36,267 bases of DNA from an uncultured Pseudomonadales bacterium (GCA_964570775.1 CAZMZI010000001.1:1-36267), one strand, 5' to 3'; positions 17,927-27,459 are shown, counted from the first letter of the stretch. The notes: generated by a model from the letters alone, not told the origin. Translations and numbers: made by a program.

Positions 17927-17960
17927 GGAAAAAACTGCTTTCTAGTAACTATTATCACAT
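17927..17960. promoter_or_regulatory. 34-bp divergent control region between GT-C paralogues C and D, with overlapping -10-like hexamers on both strands.
   Basis: Plus strand: TATTAT at 17950-17955, 5 nt before ATG 17961, with no RBS (a leaderless-type arrangement is possible). Minus strand: TGtGATAAT (complement of 17950-17958), an extended -10-like element about 24 nt upstream of ATG 17926. No convincing -35 on either strand. Confidence 0.2.
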
Positions 17961-19739
17961 ATGCCATCAAAGAAAAACATTGTACTTTTTTTACTCCTTT
18001 TCCTACTTATAGTTACAACACGGTTATTCAAAATTTCAAGCGTTCCAAGCGTTATTAGTCATGATGAGATCTATTACCCTGTACAAGCTAAAACTATTGC
18101 GCTAGCGTTTACAGACCCAAGTGGTAACTGGAATCCACTCTCTTTAACAGCAGCACATCCATTATATGCCGAATTACCAGGACTAATCATGGCACCAGCA
18201 AGTTTCTTTTCAGACCCTCTACTTGCAGCTCGGTTTACACATGCTGTGCTAGGCAGTTTACTGGTACTCATTGTAGCTAGAATTGGCTTCCAGGTAACAA
18301 AACAGAGAAGTATTTTTTGGGGAATATTTTTGGTAGGTTTAGTAAATCCATGGCTCTTTCAATTTTCCAGAATGGGATTTGACGCACTATTCAGTTTGTT
18401 TTTTTACTTTTTAGGGATACTACTCTATTTACATCAGTCACCAAAAGTAAGACTTCTTGCCATCGCTAGTTTTATTCTAGGATTTTATCAGTATCAAGGA
18501 CTCAAGCTTGTCTTTATCCCACTCGTACTTGCAGTAACACTTTTTGGCTACTTGTACAGAAAACACCATACTTACTCACATCAACACGAGTTTGCTCAAG
18601 CTGCAACTCTGATTGCAGTAGCACTTCTTCTTAACTTAAGATTTATTGTTGGTATTCAAACTCAGGTAGCACAAGGTAGAACTGGAGATCTCATTTTTTC
18701 AGATCCAACTATACCAGCCCAAGTGCAAGTGCTACGTCAACAAAGTATTGTTTCACCAGTTCAAGAACTCTTTAATAACAAAGCAACCGTTGTTATTCAT
18801 ACATTTCTTACTAACTACGCTGCCAGTTTTAACCCAACACAACTTTTTATCTATGGTGAGCCACTCAGGAATCCCTTTTCTGTCTGGTCAAAGGGTATGT
18901 TTAATCCAGTTGACGCACTCCTTATTTTTATTGGATTGCTATCACTGCTGCTACAAAAAAAGTATCGCTATTTTGGCCTTTTTTTACTGTTCTTAGTGGT
19001 ATTAGCACCACTACCCTCTGCACTTAACGCTAAAGGCATCTGGATAATGTTCAGATCAAGTTTGTATATTCCTACACTCGTTTTGTTATCTGGTATTGGT
19101 TTATCGTATTTACTCAAAAAATCAAAAATTGTAGGATTTGCTCTTTGTTGTATCTACTTACTTTTATCTGTACCCTTTTTCTATGATTACTTTTACCGCT
19201 ATCCTGTTATTGGTACATCAGGTTCATACTTTTCTGAGCGTATAGTTGCAAACTATGTATCTCGTAATTCAGACAAAAAAATTGTGGTTTTAGTAGATGA
19301 AACACAGTTTGTATACAACTCACTCTTACATTTTAATAGATTAGTGACACAACAAAACCTTTCTGAAATTAAACAAAGTTACCAAACAAATCAGTTTACT
19401 TTAGGTAAACTAATTGTAGACAACAGATGTGTGTCGAAGCGCGATATTCAGCAGGGTACTGTAGTCATCGCAGCAGCTAGTATACCTTTTTGTGAGGAGA
19501 CAGAAATCATTAAGTTCACTAAACCGGTACTGACATCAGCAATTCAGTCACTGTTGGACAGTGGTGAGCAATTTATTATATATAACGATGAGATATGTAC
19601 AAACTATGCACTGAACTCTAGTATTCATGTCAAAACTGATGCATTTGCAATTGAATCACTAGGAGAAAAAGAATTCTGTGAGACATTTTTTACCCAAACT
19701 TCACCAGGTAAAAGAATCACTTCTGAAATTATGCTTTAG
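17961..19739 (+). CDS. ArnT/PMT-like GT-C membrane glycosyltransferase, paralogue D (the most divergent).
   Basis: 592 aa. It keeps the loop-1 acidic pair (SHDEIYYPVQAK) and NPWLFQFSRMGFDAL. It lacks the FGDYK and VPHxxR motifs of the other paralogues. Polytopic, with a soluble C-terminal domain of about 170 aa. Confidence 0.6.
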   Translation: MPSKKNIVLFLLLFLLIVTTRLFKISSVPSVISHDEIYYPVQAKTIALAFTDPSGNWNPLSLTAAHPLYAELPGLIMAPASFFSDPLLAARFTHAVLGSLLVLIVARIGFQVTKQRSIFWGIFLVGLVNPWLFQFSRMGFDALFSLFFYFLGILLYLHQSPKVRLLAIASFILGFYQYQGLKLVFIPLVLAVTLFGYLYRKHHTYSHQHEFAQAATLIAVALLLNLRFIVGIQTQVAQGRTGDLIFSDPTIPAQVQVLRQQSIVSPVQELFNNKATVVIHTFLTNYAASFNPTQLFIYGEPLRNPFSVWSKGMFNPVDALLIFIGLLSLLLQKKYRYFGLFLLFLVVLAPLPSALNAKGIWIMFRSSLYIPTLVLLSGIGLSYLLKKSKIVGFALCCIYLLLSVPFFYDYFYRYPVIGTSGSYFSERIVANYVSRNSDKKIVVLVDETQFVYNSLLHFNRLVTQQNLSEIKQSYQTNQFTLGKLIVDNRCVSKRDIQQGTVVIAAASIPFCEETEIIKFTKPVLTSAIQSLLDSGEQFIIYNDEICTNYALNSSIHVKTDAFAIESLGEKEFCETFFTQTSPGKRITSEIML

Positions 19740-21400
19740 TGATTGATATCGAAGAAATACCACACATCTGCACCCACTTCTCCCTCATTTGATTCAATAA
19801 CTAAGTATTTTTTCGCAAACTGTGGATTACGAGATACCAGCAATCCTCTTTTAGCCGAATCAGTTGCAATGCTATCAAGCTGAGCAAAATCATATCGGTA
19901 CTTGTCAAATTGCAAGGCTTTTTTTAGCCCCTCCGAATCAGCCCACACAACTGTTTCTTGAAACACAGTCGGATTTGTTTTCGAATAGAATGCCTGAAAA
20001 ATATAAGATGAGTCAATTGTTCTATTGGCATTGCTAGTACCATCTGAGTCTATAAAAATAACATCATATTTGTGCTCAAGTTCAGAAATTCGCTGGGCAA
20101 CTTTGCGATAACCAGGTAACCATAAAGGATCAAGTTTCCATTGGTGCATAAAAAAGTAACGAGAAATAAATAAAAGATAGGTTGCGCTTAATCCAGAAAT
20201 CAAAAATGAGAGCAAAATCTTTTTGTTCTCTGTTCTCCATAGTGAGTAAATACCAAGAGCAGCAAAAACGGTTACAAGAAAGTGAAAATCAAGTAATCTG
20301 TTAGTAACAGGTGCGTCTATAGTAAGTGCATCTGGGATAGGAGATAGCAATAAGTATCCAAGCAAAAACAATGCCGGTTTTTGCCTTTGAATCGTCCCTC
20401 GTACCACACAATAGCCACCATATAGTGAAAGGGGTAACACAAACCAAGCCAAATTACCAAAACCTATGGGCGATAGTGAGTGCCAACCATTTTTTCCACC
20501 TTCAACAAAGAGATACACAGGATTGAACGCTGCTAGGTATCCTTTCAAAAAATCACGAATAAACTCGAAAATCGGTGAAGCAATAATTTGTCTTGCTCTA
20601 TGACTTTCTACCGGTGTTTGTATAAGCAAAAAGTAGTTGTCGTTATATGTATTCACATATTTTTGTGGAGAAATAATTGTGGTTTCTAGTTTTCCTGAGG
20701 TTACAGCACTCATAGTTAAGTATACACCACCAATTACAAGAAAAATAAGTGCAAAACCAGCCAAAGTTTTGAACTTTCCTTTTTCAAAATATTCTTTTCT
20801 AAACACAAGCAAAGATAAACAAACTAATACTGGTGCCAATAGCAGTGCCACATTATAAAATAAGAAACTGAGCCCCAAAAAAATTGCAGCAAAAAGGTAA
20901 AAAACAACTTGTTTTCTTGCTCTCAGTAAAAACGTCAACCCTAGAACAAACAGTGTTAAACTCCCAATTGGTTCATACGCTGTCCTAGATAGAAACGTGT
21001 GCCAAATCGAAAAGGCAACTAAAAAAGCTGTTGCAATTGAAAAACGTGTCGAAGCAAACAGTTCTTTTACAAATAAATATGAAACTGGTATTAAGAGAGA
21101 TCCCAGCAAAGCAGTGCCTAACCTAGCTGCTAAAGGCGTCAAACCAAACAATTTTATAAATACTGATGTAAAGTAAATCAGCCCAGGAAGTTTATAATCA
21201 CCAAAAGATTCGAAAAAGAAAGGAAAGGGTCCAGCTCCATTTTCATCATAACCTGTCTCTAAAATCGAATATGCAGTATATGCAATACTTAACTCGTCTC
21301 TATGTAGTTCTCTTGGTACATGAGAAAGTGATACAACTCTAGTGAATAACCCAAATGCCGTGAGTAAGGCAAGTAAAAAAGGTATCCAAATTTTCTTCAT
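19736..21400 (-). CDS. ArnT/PMT-like GT-C membrane glycosyltransferase, paralogue E.
   Basis: Motifs: HRDELSIAYTAYSILETGYDENGAGPFPFFFESFGDYKLPGL, SIWHTFLSRTAYEP, VEGGKNGWHSLS, LTIDAPVTNRLL. Start at ATG 21400 (MKKIWIPFLL...) forms an ATGA overlap with the upstream stop. The ORF-track start at 21427 is a TTG. Confidence 0.75.
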   Translation of the reverse strand: MKKIWIPFLLALLTAFGLFTRVVSLSHVPRELHRDELSIAYTAYSILETGYDENGAGPFPFFFESFGDYKLPGLIYFTSVFIKLFGLTPLAARLGTALLGSLLIPVSYLFVKELFASTRFSIATAFLVAFSIWHTFLSRTAYEPIGSLTLFVLGLTFLLRARKQVVFYLFAAIFLGLSFLFYNVALLLAPVLVCLSLLVFRKEYFEKGKFKTLAGFALIFLVIGGVYLTMSAVTSGKLETTIISPQKYVNTYNDNYFLLIQTPVESHRARQIIASPIFEFIRDFLKGYLAAFNPVYLFVEGGKNGWHSLSPIGFGNLAWFVLPLSLYGGYCVVRGTIQRQKPALFLLGYLLLSPIPDALTIDAPVTNRLLDFHFLVTVFAALGIYSLWRTENKKILLSFLISGLSATYLLFISRYFFMHQWKLDPLWLPGYRKVAQRISELEHKYDVIFIDSDGTSNANRTIDSSYIFQAFYSKTNPTVFQETVVWADSEGLKKALQFDKYRYDFAQLDSIATDSAKRGLLVSRNPQFAKKYLVIESNEGEVGADVWYFFDINH

Positions 21401-23058
21401 TTTTTTTCTGCTACTAACAGCTGCCAAACTATTGTACCAGTTAAACTCGATACAGTATCTATCTTTGTGAAGGAGTAATCTTGATTTTGAGACTCAACAC
21501 TTTGCACTTCTTCTGGAGCAGCTACCAGAATACTATCTTGAGTTAGCTTCGGTACCTCTCTAAAAAAACGTTTATTTTCGAAGGTTAAAAACTCACCCTG
21601 ATCCATCACAGCCGTTTTGGCTTCTTGTTGAACACGTACAGGATCTGTTTTGGTATAGAACCAGTAGTACATTGCAGGTCTGCCCTCAAAGCGAGTGATA
21701 TATACCAAGGCGTTTGGGTATGATTTTTCAAGTGCTACCACTTTGCTAATCATCTCTGCATATCCATACTGCCATTCTTCGCCAGAATTAATTGGATACA
21801 CCTTGAAGTAGTAGCGCAAGTACTGTGCAGAACAAACTAGATATACCGCTAGTATCACGCTAGTTGCCACCCAAGTAGGAACAGAGCGTGGAATATTCTT
21901 AAGAAAAGTGGAAATACCAACAGTTATTAAAAGTATAAACACAGGGAAAGCCGGCAGCGTGCGTAAAGCGTGTGGAACAGCTTTAGTAATTGATGCTGGT
22001 AGTAATGCACAGCCCAACCAAAACAGTAGAAAAACACTTACTTTTCGATTTTTTTTCCACAATGCAGCACTACCTACTAGCAATAAGAGACTCTCAAAAA
22101 TATATAACTGACCAACAAAGTGCGTCGAGTGACGTATGTTTTCATCGCCAGTTAAGAATAGATAACTAAATGAAAAGTGAGAAAGAGCATTCTCAATAAT
22201 TTTTTGTCCAAAAAGAACATATCTATGGTACAAAACTCTCGATGCAAAACTAAAATTATTTTGTTCTCTAAGAAAATTACTTCTTTCAATAATACTGCTA
22301 TCACTAAAAATGCTCGTTTCTTGTAAACGATGTGAAAGTTCAGGATCTGAGGCTTTCACAAAAAGTGGAATAAAAAACAAAGCACTCAACCCAACAACTA
22401 GCACAAGCGGTGTAACTGATTTTTTAGATCTAGCTTCTGTAAGATACACAAAAACTGCAGAAGCAAAACAAAGCATGGGAGCAATAAATCTAGCAGCATG
22501 GTAGGTATATCCAGCAAAAATAAAAAGAAAACTGGTTAACACTGCAATCAGTGGCCAATATGCAGTTTTCTTGTACCAAAAATGATGGGTATACATAACT
22601 CCAATAATGCCCCAGACAATTAGTGCTGTTGCAAAGTTTGCTTCCCACATGCTTCTACTAAACTGTAATCCCCAAGGTGAAACAGCTGCTACTAACAAAC
22701 TCCATAGTGCTGATATTCCCCATCTTCTTGCCAACACAGAAATACCAATAACAATAAAAATGCCAGCAATAGCGTTAGGTAGTCTCACCGCAAAATCTGT
22801 TAACCCAAACGTTGCTAAGGATGGTAAAAGTGCATAAAAGTAACCCGTAGGTTTCCAATCACCAAAAGACTTAATGGCAATTACAGGCCATGAAGCACCA
22901 TGATGATCTCTGCCTGTTTGTAACAATGAGTAAGCATCATACCCAACCGCAACTTCTTCCCAATATAAACTAGGAGGAACCTTGGTTAACTGGTAGAGCC
23001 GAAGAAAGCTAGCAAGAACAAGAATAAGCAAGAAGGTGAAAATTTTTTTATTTGTCAT
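21397..23058 (-). CDS. ArnT/PMT-like GT-C membrane glycosyltransferase, paralogue F.
   Basis: 553 aa with YWEEVAVGYDAYSLLQTGRDHHGASWPVIAIKSFGDWKPTGY, VRLPNAIAG, SPWGLQFSRSMWEAN, LTGDENIRHSTH, ITKAVPHALRTLPA. Confidence 0.75.
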   Translation of the reverse strand: MTNKKIFTFLLILVLASFLRLYQLTKVPPSLYWEEVAVGYDAYSLLQTGRDHHGASWPVIAIKSFGDWKPTGYFYALLPSLATFGLTDFAVRLPNAIAGIFIVIGISVLARRWGISALWSLLVAAVSPWGLQFSRSMWEANFATALIVWGIIGVMYTHHFWYKKTAYWPLIAVLTSFLFIFAGYTYHAARFIAPMLCFASAVFVYLTEARSKKSVTPLVLVVGLSALFFIPLFVKASDPELSHRLQETSIFSDSSIIERSNFLREQNNFSFASRVLYHRYVLFGQKIIENALSHFSFSYLFLTGDENIRHSTHFVGQLYIFESLLLLVGSAALWKKNRKVSVFLLFWLGCALLPASITKAVPHALRTLPAFPVFILLITVGISTFLKNIPRSVPTWVATSVILAVYLVCSAQYLRYYFKVYPINSGEEWQYGYAEMISKVVALEKSYPNALVYITRFEGRPAMYYWFYTKTDPVRVQQEAKTAVMDQGEFLTFENKRFFREVPKLTQDSILVAAPEEVQSVESQNQDYSFTKIDTVSSLTGTIVWQLLVAEKK

Positions 23059-24691
23059 TGGTTAAAAAGAATAAAAATCTTGTGCTGCCATCTGCACCTT
23101 TAATACGATGCACAGCTCTTTCTACTGGTATATCTAAATCGCTACCACTTGCAACAATTAAGGCTTTAGGTCGGGCAAAATCGGCAATAGTTACAGGATC
23201 AGCAAAGTGGTAGGTACTAAGTGAACCGCCATGATACGCAATGGGGTTCGTTTTTCTTACAAACAAAGCAAAAATGTAGGGCTGACCATACTCAGAAGTA
23301 AAGACAATTTTATCCACTTTTGGTTTTCCATTTATTCCTAACTCATACTCCCTTGCTATCTGGAAAGCTTCAATATACCCTTCAGGATAGTCATCAACTG
23401 CCAAACCAGGAAAAACGGTGTAGTAGTGGTGTAGATAGGCACTAAAAATAAGAAAGTACACTGCACACAAAGTACCCACCACAGCATCTACTAACGTATT
23501 TTTCTCGCCATGAGAACCCGTTTTTATTGCATTCATTCGACTTCTCTGTAAACATCCAATCAGTCTCTTTGCTCCAATTGCAGCAGCCAAAAAGAATCCA
23601 ATACTTGCAAACAGTGCTCTATTTCCGTGAGGCACATCTTCTGTAATTACTGCTGGAACCAAACCAGTAAAAAGCAATAAGACGATAACAAAATCATACT
23701 GTTTAAAACCTTTACACTTATTAAAACACAACTGTAGTAGTATCTGAGCCAAATACAGCATACTTAACACATAGGTGACAGGATTAAGTACTCCCCAAGC
23801 ACCGCCCGAATGTCTGAAAGTAGTTGTGGCACCTTGCATCATGAAAGCAGGTGAAAAATGAACCACAAAATTTATCACCAGCTGCTGCAAGCTTGATAAT
23901 AAACTTTGCTGACCAAAAAAGGTAACATTTGCTCTCGTTAAACCAGCTCCCCAAAATGAATCATATAGTAGTGGTAGCATACCCACTGCAAAAGTAACAA
24001 TAAAAACACCAATGGGTTTGATGCGGTTTCGAAGGTGATTTCTAAATAGTACTGATAATCCAACCAAAAGCAAAGGAATAACAACTTTTGAACTATGATA
24101 GGTGTACAGAGACAAAACAAAACTCATGCTTGCTAGTAAAAACAAAATGAGCGTCTTTCGAGTAGTTTGCAATCTGATTCCTCTAAAAATAAAAAATAAT
24201 CCCCAGACATAAAAGGTAAAGGCCAAACCAGACTCAAATGCTCCTCTACTAAAATGAAGATGCCAGGGTGAAAAAGTAATAAAACTACCAACAAGTAAAC
24301 TTAATTGCCTACGCTTTTCCTCTCCATAAAACACTTCCAATGTTAACAAGATTGCACCAGCTACAGAAAACACACCGGCAATCACAAAGGGGATCCTCAC
24401 AGCAAATGGCGTTAGTCCCAATACAGCCGTAAAAAAACTGCTTAGATATATGGCAAAAGGTGCTTTATAGTCACCAAACGACTGAAACGAAACCGGGAGC
24501 CTATGCAACCACTCGTCTCTCCGTGTGTTCCAAATTGCAAAACCATTGTATCCAATTGCTGCCTCATCCCAAGTGAGTCCAGTGGGGACTTCGGTAAACC
24601 GATATAAACGGAGCAAAAGTGCAAGTGCTAGAAGCACAACTATACATGAAAAATACCAATGCTTAGTGAGCCAAACTAAAAAAGACTTCAT
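23048..24691 (-). CDS. ArnT/PMT-like GT-C membrane glycosyltransferase, paralogue G.
   Basis: 547 aa with TWDEAAIGYNGFAIWNTRRDEWLHRLPVSFQSFGDYKAPFA, VRIPFVIAG, SPWHLHFSRGAFESG, QGATTTFRHSG, ITEDVPHGNRALFA. Confidence 0.75.
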   Translation of the reverse strand: MKSFLVWLTKHWYFSCIVVLLALALLLRLYRFTEVPTGLTWDEAAIGYNGFAIWNTRRDEWLHRLPVSFQSFGDYKAPFAIYLSSFFTAVLGLTPFAVRIPFVIAGVFSVAGAILLTLEVFYGEEKRRQLSLLVGSFITFSPWHLHFSRGAFESGLAFTFYVWGLFFIFRGIRLQTTRKTLILFLLASMSFVLSLYTYHSSKVVIPLLLVGLSVLFRNHLRNRIKPIGVFIVTFAVGMLPLLYDSFWGAGLTRANVTFFGQQSLLSSLQQLVINFVVHFSPAFMMQGATTTFRHSGGAWGVLNPVTYVLSMLYLAQILLQLCFNKCKGFKQYDFVIVLLLFTGLVPAVITEDVPHGNRALFASIGFFLAAAIGAKRLIGCLQRSRMNAIKTGSHGEKNTLVDAVVGTLCAVYFLIFSAYLHHYYTVFPGLAVDDYPEGYIEAFQIAREYELGINGKPKVDKIVFTSEYGQPYIFALFVRKTNPIAYHGGSLSTYHFADPVTIADFARPKALIVASGSDLDIPVERAVHRIKGADGSTRFLFFLTNDK

Positions 24692-24695
24692 ATCT

Positions 24696-25550
24696 CTAGT
24701 ATACGCTCCCTTGCTTTATACGTTTTAGTAACCAAAAGGGTTTAAAAAGTAGGTGTTGAAGTAGTTGTTTGGTGGTGGCATTTTTTAGTACAAACTTACA
24801 TGCATTTCTCCAACTCATGGCATCAATGCTATTTTTTCCAAATGTAGCTGCGTTAGTAGTCTCATGTTTATGTACCACTACTGCATGTTCTTCAAACAGC
24901 ACCTTCCATCCTTGTAACTTTGCCTGAAACGACAAGTCCACATCTTCCCAGTATGCTGGATAAAATCTTTTATCAAAACCACCAAGTAGTATCCATTTTT
25001 GTTTATCAAAGAGTCCACTTCCACCACTAACCCACGCTGTACTGCCTGTTTTCATGTTACTAGCTTTGGAGTGCATAAACATACCTTTAGCAAACCAAAG
25101 TGCATTTTTTCCAGACACAGTACCAGACTTTGAACCTGCATATTCTTTACATCCTACTGCAAAAACGGTGTTGTCTTCAAAGTATGGCAGCAAATGCCCT
25201 AATATATCTTTTTGGGGAGAGACATCATTGTTTAGTAACAAAACTAAGTCATGCTGAGCTAAAAACACCCCCTCGTTAACAGCAGCAGCAAAACGTACAT
25301 TTGTTGGCATTACAAGTACTGTAATCGATATATGTTTCCCCTGAACTGAATGTACAGACTGAAAAACATTTGATTGCATTTCTTCCAATCTGTACTCAGA
25401 GCAGAGATATGCCACTGATGCATCACTGCTCATATCATCTACTATAAGTAATTCATCACCATCTCTAAGACAATCAATGACACTTGGTAAATGTTTTTTA
25501 AGTAAAGTTACACCATTGTAGTTTGGAATTATGGCTGAAACTTGTTTCAT
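24696..25550 (-). CDS. GT2 glycosyltransferase, COG1216/WbbL-like subtype (candidate rhamnosyl- or hexosyltransferase).
   Basis: 284 aa with VSAIIPNYNG, LLIVDDMSSD, LLLNNDV, SGGSGLFDKQKW, YWEDVDLSFQAKLQGWKV. Confidence 0.8.
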   Translation of the reverse strand: MKQVSAIIPNYNGVTLLKKHLPSVIDCLRDGDELLIVDDMSSDASVAYLCSEYRLEEMQSNVFQSVHSVQGKHISITVLVMPTNVRFAAAVNEGVFLAQHDLVLLLNNDVSPQKDILGHLLPYFEDNTVFAVGCKEYAGSKSGTVSGKNALWFAKGMFMHSKASNMKTGSTAWVSGGSGLFDKQKWILLGGFDKRFYPAYWEDVDLSFQAKLQGWKVLFEEHAVVVHKHETTNAATFGKNSIDAMSWRNACKFVLKNATTKQLLQHLLFKPFWLLKRIKQGSVY

Positions 25551-26620
25551 AGTGAAAAAAGCATTTCTATTCTACTTTTAAAAGTATCTGAATTAAATTT
25601 TCTTGCCTGTGATAATGCGTCTTTGCTGGCTTTTTGACATCGCTGTTCGTCACGAATAAGTTGTGCAGTGAGTGCTGCACATTCTTCCGTTGAGTTCCAT
25701 AAGAATGCAGAAAGGTGTTCTCCAACTACTTCTGGCTGCCCACCTTTTTTGTGCACCACAGGGACAACACCATAAGCCATTGCTTCCAAAGTAGTAATAC
25801 CAAAGTGTTCCACTTTTTCTGGATTTTTGAGTTCATCTACTTCATATCCTGTTGCATGCCAATATATTTGCGCTTTCTTATACCAACTGGTTAGTTCAGA
25901 TTTTTTACAGTCCCTATGTATTTCAACTGCTAAACCTTTGGACATGTTCTGTACATCCAAAAAATAACCCTCGTCCTCTACATTTCCAACAAGTACTAAC
26001 TTCCAGCCTTTACTCTCTTTTGGATACTGTTCACAAAACTTTCTAAATGTTGCAACAACAACATCTTGACGTTTGGAGTGGAGATGCCTAAAAAATCGGC
26101 CCACATTTAAAATAATTTTTTGTTTCTTCTCATCTAATCTTTTTGGTAGTACTACCTTAGGGTAGTGCACTATGTCAATATGTGTATGCCATGCTTGTTC
26201 TACTGTTTGTTTTGTAAATTGAGAGTTTGTATTTTTGTGCTGCCAATGGTGTAATTTTAGTTTCTCCCAAACTGTCAATGCATTCGTAAATGGAATTTGG
26301 ACATGCAAAAACCTGTGTTTGCAGGCAGTTAAGAAAAAACTCCCGTCAGTTACATAATATATAGCGTCAAATAATCTGGTAAATACCAGTTTACTCAGAA
26401 ATGATCCACCAATAAATGGACCTGAAACAAAGGTGAGACTCTCCAAAGACTCACCCATAAATTGAGTATATTCTCGTGCAACTTGTCCAATATCATACCC
26501 ATTAGGAATAGCAACGGTAACTGTGTGTTTTTCAGCTGCCACAAGTGCAGTATCAAAAAAATGTTTTTCGCCACCACCAAAGTGACCGGGAATATAGGGG
26601 GAGAAAAAACATATTTTCAT
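25547..26620 (-). CDS. GT4 (GT-B fold) glycosyltransferase.
   Basis: N-terminus MKICFFSPYIPGHFGGGEKHF and E-x7-E motif EHFGITTLEAMAYGVVPVVHKKGGQPEVVG. Start at ATG 26620 makes an ATGA overlap with the upstream stop. The ORF-track start at 26635 is a GTG. Confidence 0.85.
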   Translation of the reverse strand: MKICFFSPYIPGHFGGGEKHFFDTALVAAEKHTVTVAIPNGYDIGQVAREYTQFMGESLESLTFVSGPFIGGSFLSKLVFTRLFDAIYYVTDGSFFLTACKHRFLHVQIPFTNALTVWEKLKLHHWQHKNTNSQFTKQTVEQAWHTHIDIVHYPKVVLPKRLDEKKQKIILNVGRFFRHLHSKRQDVVVATFRKFCEQYPKESKGWKLVLVGNVEDEGYFLDVQNMSKGLAVEIHRDCKKSELTSWYKKAQIYWHATGYEVDELKNPEKVEHFGITTLEAMAYGVVPVVHKKGGQPEVVGEHLSAFLWNSTEECAALTAQLIRDEQRCQKASKDALSQARKFNSDTFKSRIEMLFSL

Positions 26621-27459
26621 CCCTTTGTTTTCCACTTTTTTTGTAATTCTTTTTCCAAAACTTGGTATCTATCTGAAATACTTGGTTGTAGCTGCAGCTC
26701 CCATACTTGGATGTATACCCACACTCTATTCATTGCCTGAATCAGTGCCTCAACTAACCCTGGCATTCCATCACGATACCCTTCCTGAACAATGGCGCGG
26801 CGAAAAAACTCCATGCTACCCTTACGAACTAAAGTAAAAAAAGTAACTGGCTGTATCGCAGCAGAAATAAAAGCCTCGGCCTCTTTCGGAGTCCATTCTG
26901 CACTCTTCTTTAAGTTACTAACCACTGATCGGTGCGTAAAGTGTAGTAAAGGTGAGTGAAGTACTTCTGCAGAGCCTGTGAACTTTGGACTCTCATGTAT
27001 ATCACCATACCAACCTTCGAGAGCGTCTAGCTTAAAAACTCGAGTAACTTGGTCATGTTGCCATCCACCAAATGAAATTTCGTGTCCAAAGAAATAATTT
27101 TTGCGATGCATGCTAAATACAGAGGCTGTGCTTGTTTCAAGCTTCACCCCAATTTCTTTAGCTAACGTTGGTGAAACTCTTTCATCTGCATCAACATACA
27201 AAATCCACTCCGTCCTAACATGTTTTGTTGCTTCTTCTCGAACACGTGCAAAAGAGCTTGACTTAAAAGAGACGACAGTAGCTCCAGCAAGTTCAGCTTT
27301 TTTTCTGGTTTCATCCTCTGAACCATTATCTAAAACAAGTACTGACTCGCACCAAGTAAGTGTATCTAGACATGCAGTAATCATCTCTTCTTCATTTCGT
27401 GCAATGACAACTGCAGTTATATTTGGAACTTTTGTATTTTCTTGCATATTATTCTGCAT
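26617..27459 (-). CDS. GT2 glycosyltransferase, WaaE/KdtX-like subtype (paralogue 2 of 3).
   Basis: 280 aa with ITAVVIARNEEEMITACLDTL, VLVLDNGSEDET, LYVDADERV, and the C-terminal GMPGLVEALIQAMNRVWVYIQVWE. An alternative ATG lies at 27447. Confidence 0.8.
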   Translation of the reverse strand: MQNNMQENTKVPNITAVVIARNEEEMITACLDTLTWCESVLVLDNGSEDETRKKAELAGATVVSFKSSSFARVREEATKHVRTEWILYVDADERVSPTLAKEIGVKLETSTASVFSMHRKNYFFGHEISFGGWQHDQVTRVFKLDALEGWYGDIHESPKFTGSAEVLHSPLLHFTHRSVVSNLKKSAEWTPKEAEAFISAAIQPVTFFTLVRKGSMEFFRRAIVQEGYRDGMPGLVEALIQAMNRVWVYIQVWELQLQPSISDRYQVLEKELQKKWKTKG

